Both the position numbers and the translations under genes were made by a program. From Bacteroidota bacterium (GTDB taxonomy: Bacteria; Bacteroidota; Ignavibacteria; Ignavibacteriales; Ignavibacteriaceae): a stretch of 27,624 nt of DNA. Of this stretch, positions 24,749-27,624 are shown in pieces (within the stretch, counting starts at the first letter, position 1; the number at the start of each line of letters is the position of its first letter). The stretch lies in contig JAJYIL010000001.1 of the NCBI GenBank assembly GCA_021790055.1, forward strand, positions 1-27,624, read 5' to 3'. The notes below the pieces were generated by a model, which worked only from the letters and a program-made list of their open reading frames with translations, was not told the DNA's origin and did not search any database.

Positions 24749-25747
24749 GTGAAGAAATATTTATTTATAGCTTTGTTTTTACCGGCAGCAATTTTTGCTC
24801 AGCCCAAGGTAAGCCCGATTAGCAGCATGCCCGGCGCATTTTCTAGAATGGGATTCGGCGCAAGAGGTATGGGAATGGGAAATGCCATGTCTTCGGTAAC
24901 CGAAGGGAATTTGGTTTCATACTACAACCCGGCATTATCTGCTTTTCAGGACGGCAACTCATTTCAAACTTCGTATTCAATATTATCTTTAGACCGCTCA
25001 CTTAACTTTTTGAACTTTACAAGGCGTTTTGATTTTTATTCTAAAAGTGATTCGGCAAATCCAAACCGTGAGCCAAGGAACTCTGCAGGTGTAAGTGCTG
25101 GAATAATTAACTCAGGCGTCGGTAAGATTGACGGCAGGGATAACGACGGCAATAAAACCGGCTATCTTTCGACCTCGGAGAACCAATTCTTTTTAGGATT
25201 AGCAAACAGGTTTTCCAAGAAATTTGCGCTCGGTATTTCTATTAAGTTTTATTATTATAAATTATACGAACAAATAAATTCAACCGGCTTCGGCTTGGAT
25301 TTAGGCGCTCTTTATAAGATAAATGAAAGCTGGAACGTTTCATTTGTAATATCGGATTTGAACAGCCAATATAAATGGGATACTTCGCCAATCTATCAAG
25401 AGAACGGCACAAACACGACAGATAAATTTCCTTTACTTAAGAAAATCGGCGTAAGCTATTCGAATAAAAAGATTGGAATAATAGCCTCGGCTGAATTTGA
25501 AAACAGCAATGCCGGCACAAATATTTTGCGGGCTGGAGTTGAATACAACATTTTTGAAGGCTTATTTCTCCGCGGCGGAATCGACCAGTTCAATTTGAGC
25601 AACTCGGATTATCCGTCTAATCCTTCGCTTGGATTTTCTTATTTTAGAAAGATTGCCGGAATAATTTTTGGCGTCGATTATGCCTTTGTGGTGGAACCAT
25701 ATTCACCTGAAGCCAGGCATATTATCGGTCTCAATGTTAATTTTTAA
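24749..25747 (+). CDS. PorV/PorQ-family (FadL-like) outer-membrane beta-barrel
   Basis: GTG start after AGGA/AGG; signal peptide; GARGMGMGNA...YYNPA N-terminal plug motif; amphipathic strands; C-terminal Phe. Confidence 0.8.
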   Translation: MKKYLFIALFLPAAIFAQPKVSPISSMPGAFSRMGFGARGMGMGNAMSSVTEGNLVSYYNPALSAFQDGNSFQTSYSILSLDRSLNFLNFTRRFDFYSKSDSANPNREPRNSAGVSAGIINSGVGKIDGRDNDGNKTGYLSTSENQFFLGLANRFSKKFALGISIKFYYYKLYEQINSTGFGLDLGALYKINESWNVSFVISDLNSQYKWDTSPIYQENGTNTTDKFPLLKKIGVSYSNKKIGIIASAEFENSNAGTNILRAGVEYNIFEGLFLRGGIDQFNLSNSDYPSNPSLGFSYFRKIAGIIFGVDYAFVVEPYSPEARHIIGLNVNF

Positions 25748-25757
25748 TAGGACGTTT

Positions 25758-26657
25758 ATGAGAAAAATCCTTTTGATTTTTATAATTTCGATTTCATCTG
25801 TATTAGCTCAATCAGCCGGCAACAGCGGAATGGCTTTCCTCAAGCTTGGTTTCAGTGCAAGAAATATTTCCATGGGTGATGTCAGTTCTGTTTCTTCTGG
25901 AGATGTCTCATCGCTCTTTTATAATCCTGCCGGTTTAGCAGGACTAAAAGGCAACGAGGTAATGCTGATGCACAACTCGTGGATTCAGGGGACAAACAGT
26001 AACGTGCTTGGTGTGCAAACTACCGTTTGGAGTTTACCGCTTGCTTTCGGATTTAATGTCACTTCTGTTAACGATATTCAGGTAAGAACAAGAGCGACCG
26101 CTCAGCCTGATGCAACTTTTGACGCGAATTTCTTTTTCGGCAGTATGTCAACTGGATTTTATGTTTACGACAATGTAGCTTTTGGTGCAACCATAAAATA
26201 TTTGTACGAAGGCTTATATTCCGAAGAAGCAACAGGCTGGGGATTTGATTTCGGGCTGAATTATAAGTCGCCAATTGACGGACTAAGCGCTGTTGCAGTA
26301 TTGAAAAATGCTGGTTCGATGAATATCCTGAAAAATGAAAGTACAAAGCTTCCCACCGACTTTAGGATTGGTCCCGCTTATAAATTTAATGTGTTAAATG
26401 ATAAGTTCGGTATAACTGCTGCTGCGGAGTTCCAGAAATATCTTCCGGCAAACGACAACCATTTTGATTTCGGATTAGAAATCCTTTACGATAATTTGAT
26501 TGCCTTAAGAGGCGGCTATCAATCCGGGTACGAATCAAAAAGCTTTACCGGCGGTTTTGGTTTAATCTGGGGAAATTTCGGATTGGATTATGCTTTCCAG
26601 CCCTTCATAGATGGGCTTGGAGATGCCAGCATTTTTTCCATAAAGTTTAAGTTCTGA
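25758..26657 (+). CDS. PorV/PorQ-family outer-membrane beta-barrel (second paralog)
   Basis: ATG 25758 (MRKILLIF signal) preferred over the track's 25668; FLKLGFSARNISMG...FYNPAGL; LRGGY; DYAF; C-terminal KFKF. Confidence 0.85.
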   Translation: MRKILLIFIISISSVLAQSAGNSGMAFLKLGFSARNISMGDVSSVSSGDVSSLFYNPAGLAGLKGNEVMLMHNSWIQGTNSNVLGVQTTVWSLPLAFGFNVTSVNDIQVRTRATAQPDATFDANFFFGSMSTGFYVYDNVAFGATIKYLYEGLYSEEATGWGFDFGLNYKSPIDGLSAVAVLKNAGSMNILKNESTKLPTDFRIGPAYKFNVLNDKFGITAAAEFQKYLPANDNHFDFGLEILYDNLIALRGGYQSGYESKSFTGGFGLIWGNFGLDYAFQPFIDGLGDASIFSIKFKF

Positions 26658-26675
26658 AAGATACTGATGGCTTAA

Positions 26676-27624
26676 ATGAAGAAGCTAATAACTTTTTTTG
26701 AAACGAACTTATCTAAAATATTAATAGGTTATTTTCTTCTTCAATTAGTCCTTGTCTTATACTGGCAAGAGCCGTTTAAAAGCGATTCGCAATATTATTT
26801 TAAGCTTGCAGAACAATGCATTGCCAGCCACAGCTTCTATCCGGCAAAAATTCAACTTTATGAAGATTACATAACCGCACCGTTTTATGTAAACGTGCTC
26901 ATTCTTGTTCTATCGATATATAATTCTCAAATTACCATCGGGCTGCTTAATATAACTCTAAATGCACTGCAGTTGTTTTTTGTTTACCGGATTTCAAAAA
27001 AATTATTTGGCGAAAAGAATGCCCGTTTAAGCGTACTTTTGTACGTCTTTTATTTGAACACGCTTGGTATGGTGATAATGAATCTTACCGAGTTTTTGTT
27101 TGGCATGCTGGTGCTTGCAAGCGTTTATTTCTTTTATGAAAAATTTCGCGGTGCATACTTCATCTCAGGCTTGCTTGCAGCGGTTTCATTAGCCGTTAGA
27201 CCAATAGGAGGAGCGCTTGTAGCGGCTTTTTTATTTGCGATTTTTTTCAGTAAAGAAAAAAATAAAATGAAGTATAAAAGAGCAGCGGTAATAATTCTAA
27301 GCTGCGGATTATTCATCTTTGCTTACGGAGAATTTACTCAAAGCCATTTCGGGCATTTCGTTTATACGGCTACTACTGGTCCGGTTAATATTTTAATTGG
27401 AGCCAATGACGACGCCACCGGTGCATTTAACGCGAAGGTATTTGATAAAGGGAAAATAGGCTATATTGCCGATGCTGAACAAAAAACTTATATCAAAAAA
27501 GGGAGTATCTGGAAACAAAAAGCCGAAGGCTGGATAATTGCTCATCCAATAAAATGGATTAGTCTTTTCCCGGCAAAGTTCGGATTCATGTTTTTAGTCG
27601 ATGATTTTTCTATAACCAACCTTT
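26676..27624 (+). CDS. ArnT/PMT-like GT-C glycosyltransferase, 3'-truncated by the window edge (absent from the ORF track)
   Basis: My translation from ATG 26676 is stop-free to the window end: MKKLITFFETNLSKILIGYFLLQLVLVLYWQEPFKSDSQYYFKLAEQC...NLTEFLFG...LAVRPIG...TTGPVNILIGAN...HPIKWISL. It has several TMs, an SD..YY loop after TM1, and TE and RP motifs. Confidence 0.8.
   Translation, partial: MKKLITFFETNLSKILIGYFLLQLVLVLYWQEPFKSDSQYYFKLAEQCIASHSFYPAKIQLYEDYITAPFYVNVLILVLSIYNSQITIGLLNITLNALQLFFVYRISKKLFGEKNARLSVLLYVFYLNTLGMVIMNLTEFLFGMLVLASVYFFYEKFRGAYFISGLLAAVSLAVRPIGGALVAAFLFAIFFSKEKNKMKYKRAAVIILSCGLFIFAYGEFTQSHFGHFVYTATTGPVNILIGANDDATGAFNAKVFDKGKIGYIADAEQKTYIKKGSIWKQKAEGWIIAHPIKWISLFPAKFGFMFLVDDFSITNL

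Noticed and set aside
25668-25757. ORF-track N-terminal extension of the second PorV-like gene
   Set aside because: It overlaps the upstream gene by 80 bp and precedes a clear signal peptide beginning at ATG 25758.
293-27316. About 30 short ORFs (60-125 aa) in the track that overlap longer genes, e.g. 293-493, 6511-6795, 13150-13470, 21408-21782, 27134-27316
   Set aside because: They lie antisense or out of frame within well-supported genes and have no recognisable motifs; treated as shadow ORFs.
1-27624. tRNA, rRNA, transposase, integrase, prophage or anti-phage defence genes
   Set aside because: No such motifs were seen; nearly all sequence is explained by the listed CDSs and short spacers.

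Overview
A gene-dense, AT-rich bacterial chromosomal window, most likely from an Ignavibacteria-like FCB-group organism (inferred from the T9SS/PorV-type proteins, Bacteroidota-style TAnnTTTG promoter boxes and gene content). It holds 27 supportable CDSs in a few tight operons. (i) + strand: CMD/AhpD-like, rdgB, lipoprotein. (ii) - strand: rsmA, PAP2/AUR1-like, menG. (iii) A + strand ROK kinase converging on a - strand run of Crp/Fnr, PHP, ribH, GT-C, PorZ-like and ABC-F. (iv) An orphan exported protein and an EamA transporter. (v) A long + strand run from about 15.7 kb to the window end: archease, rtcB, CE4 deacetylase, GT2, radical SAM, DUF1207-like barrel, site-2 protease, lipoprotein, Asp-box propeller with T9SS-type CTD, two PorV-like barrels, and a truncated GT-C that the ORF track misses. 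I saw no rRNA, tRNA, CRISPR array, transposase or phage gene. The most interesting signals are a translationally coupled deacetylase/GT2/radical-SAM triad that looks like a glycolipid-tailoring module, an archaeal-type archease-RtcB ligase heading that operon, three hairpin elements made of tandem 7- or 8-mers in inverted orientation (one read through in frame inside a coding 5' end), and a cargo plus tandem-PorV secretion cassette. All family calls come from motif recognition by eye, not database searches.
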